From contig NC_086097.1 of assembly GCF_963921235.1 (NCBI RefSeq), positions 97,280,001-97,344,000 on the forward strand: 64,000 bases of DNA, given 5' to 3'. Origin of the DNA: Mobula hypostoma (taxonomy: Eukaryota). Position 1 is the stretch's first letter; each line of letters begins with the position of its first letter. The translations under genes were made by a program, and so were the position numbers. Below the pieces are notes generated by a model, which was given only the letters and a program-made list of their open reading frames with translations, had not been told where the DNA came from and ran no database searches. Positions 62,670 to 64,000 of this stretch are shown here, piece by piece.

Positions 62670-62830
62670 CGGGATAGTTTCGGCAGCCTCCAGCCGAACA
62701 GCCCCTTACCCACCGCCCCTCATTGATGGACACCGTCCACTTGTGGAGCTTGTCATCGTCCAGTGCATCTGGCGTCAGGTTGCAGATCTCCAGCTTTGTG
62801 TAGTTCCTCTTGAAATCATCAAAAGCCATC
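62670..62830 (-). CDS. CAPN3: Calpain-3 exon 10 (161 nt): [53 protein letters not shown]
   Basis: ctgtttgcag|G ATG...CCC G|gtgagt; exons 1-9 lie beyond the right edge of the window. Confidence 0.98.
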
Positions 62831-63089
62831 CTGCAAACAGCAACAGAGAGGAGGTGTTGTGTTCCATCCAGTAGCCCACTGCTCATCGGGATTCTTGTTA
62901 TGAGGCATTGAATGATTAAAGCCTGAGTCAGGTTTAATTTGTTCATGTCTGACTGGGCTGGGAAGGGACGGGAACACCAAACAAAATTAGAAAGTGAAGC
63001 CTGTGGTTGTTGCATTTCCTCCCACTGCCCCTGGCCACGCCTCTGGTGCACTCCAATATTCTCAAACTAACTTACTGCTAATTGGTTCA

Positions 63090-63455
63090 TTAATGTCAAG
63101 CGTACCAAGACACAGAGAATATATGCACCAAGTGGCAGTTTCTCCTGAAGATAATAACCAAACATAAGTATGCCAAGGCATATAAAGGGAATAACTGAAT
63201 GCAGACTATAATGTTACAGATTACAGAGAAAATGCAGTGCAGCCAGACAATAAGGAGCCAGGGCCATGATGAGGTAGATTGATTGATCAGTAGTTTATCT
63301 TCATCATACAAGAGGTCTGTTCAGGAACGTTATAGCAGTGTAATAGAAGCTGTCCTTGAACCTGGTGGTGTGTATTTTCTGGCTTTGATATTTTCTGACC
63401 ATTAGGAGGAGGAAGAAGAGAGAATGATCTGCATGGGGGGGTGGTCCTTGATTAT
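63090..63455 (-). mobile_element. Rex1/Babar-like 3' fragment
   Basis: Minus strand caccaccaggttcaaggacagcttctat matches the other Rex1-like copies. Confidence 0.5.
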
Positions 63456-63491
63456 GTTATACTCCTGTTCCCAAAGCAATTACCTACATTA

Positions 63492-63780
63492 GGACGCCGT
63501 GGTGCCGCAGTTGGTTCTGTGACCTGACGGCTCCAGAGACACAGGTTCAATGTTGAGTTCCGACGTTGTCTTTGCGTGCTCGCTACATGATTGGCCACAT
63601 TTACTCTGGTTTCCTCCCTCACCCTTATTGGAATAAAGAATCAGGGGATACTCGATGGGCATGTGAGACAAAGCAAGATGTAAGGCTACAGGGAGACAGG
63701 GTGGGGAAGAGAACAATGGGGATTTCTCTGCTGCGTGCCGACAGATGGACTGAATGGTCTCATTCTGTGTCATAATAAAT
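63492..63780 (+). mobile_element. tRNA-derived SINE
   Basis: A-box-like tggtgccgcagttgg, B-box-like ggttcaatg, V-like ctggtttcctccctcac and a CR1-like tail. Confidence 0.55.
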
Positions 63781-64000
63781 AGGAAAGACCCGAGGCAGCA
63801 AGCAAAAGGTCCACCAACTTATACAAACCACAGATTTCTCACTAACTAGGCCATTCAGTCCATCAAGTCTATACTGTCTCTCAGATCACATTCCCTATCA
63901 TCCTCTTCAACTCCACTTCAATTGTCTTGGCACTCACCTGTGCCCCAGGAAATTTACAGTGACCAGTTAATCTACCAATCTACATGTCTCTGGGATATGG

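Overview
Vertebrate genomic DNA, most likely a cartilaginous fish (ray/shark); this is inferred from the CR1, Penelope, Rex1 and V-SINE repertoire. The only host gene visible is the 3' half of calpain-3 (CAPN3) on the minus strand. I assembled 14 exons equivalent to human exons 10-14 and 16-24 (62830 down to the TAA at 16372), all with GT-AG junctions in matching phase. These include the 12-nt VPKE microexon and a U12-type intron between exons 19 and 20. No copy of the mammalian KKKKTK exon 15 was found. Instead there is a strong candidate 6-nt microexon (LK), and a VKKKIK cluster at the end of exon 16. The rest is dense, nested transposon sequence: a young 5'-truncated CR1 with a 2.7-kb open ORF2, many decayed CR1/Rex1/RTE copies, three solo-LTR-like inserts, a PNMA-like Gypsy gag relic, a hAT element containing a pogo/Tigger transposase relic, V-SINEs and Penelope-like elements (PLEs). 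The PLE 3' ends carry minimal hammerhead ribozyme motifs. Two TSD-flanked inverted-arm PLE insertions place intact, sense-orientation hammerheads on both sides of CAPN3 exon 13. Exon numbering, human comparisons and repeat family names come from recalled sequence similarity, not database searches.
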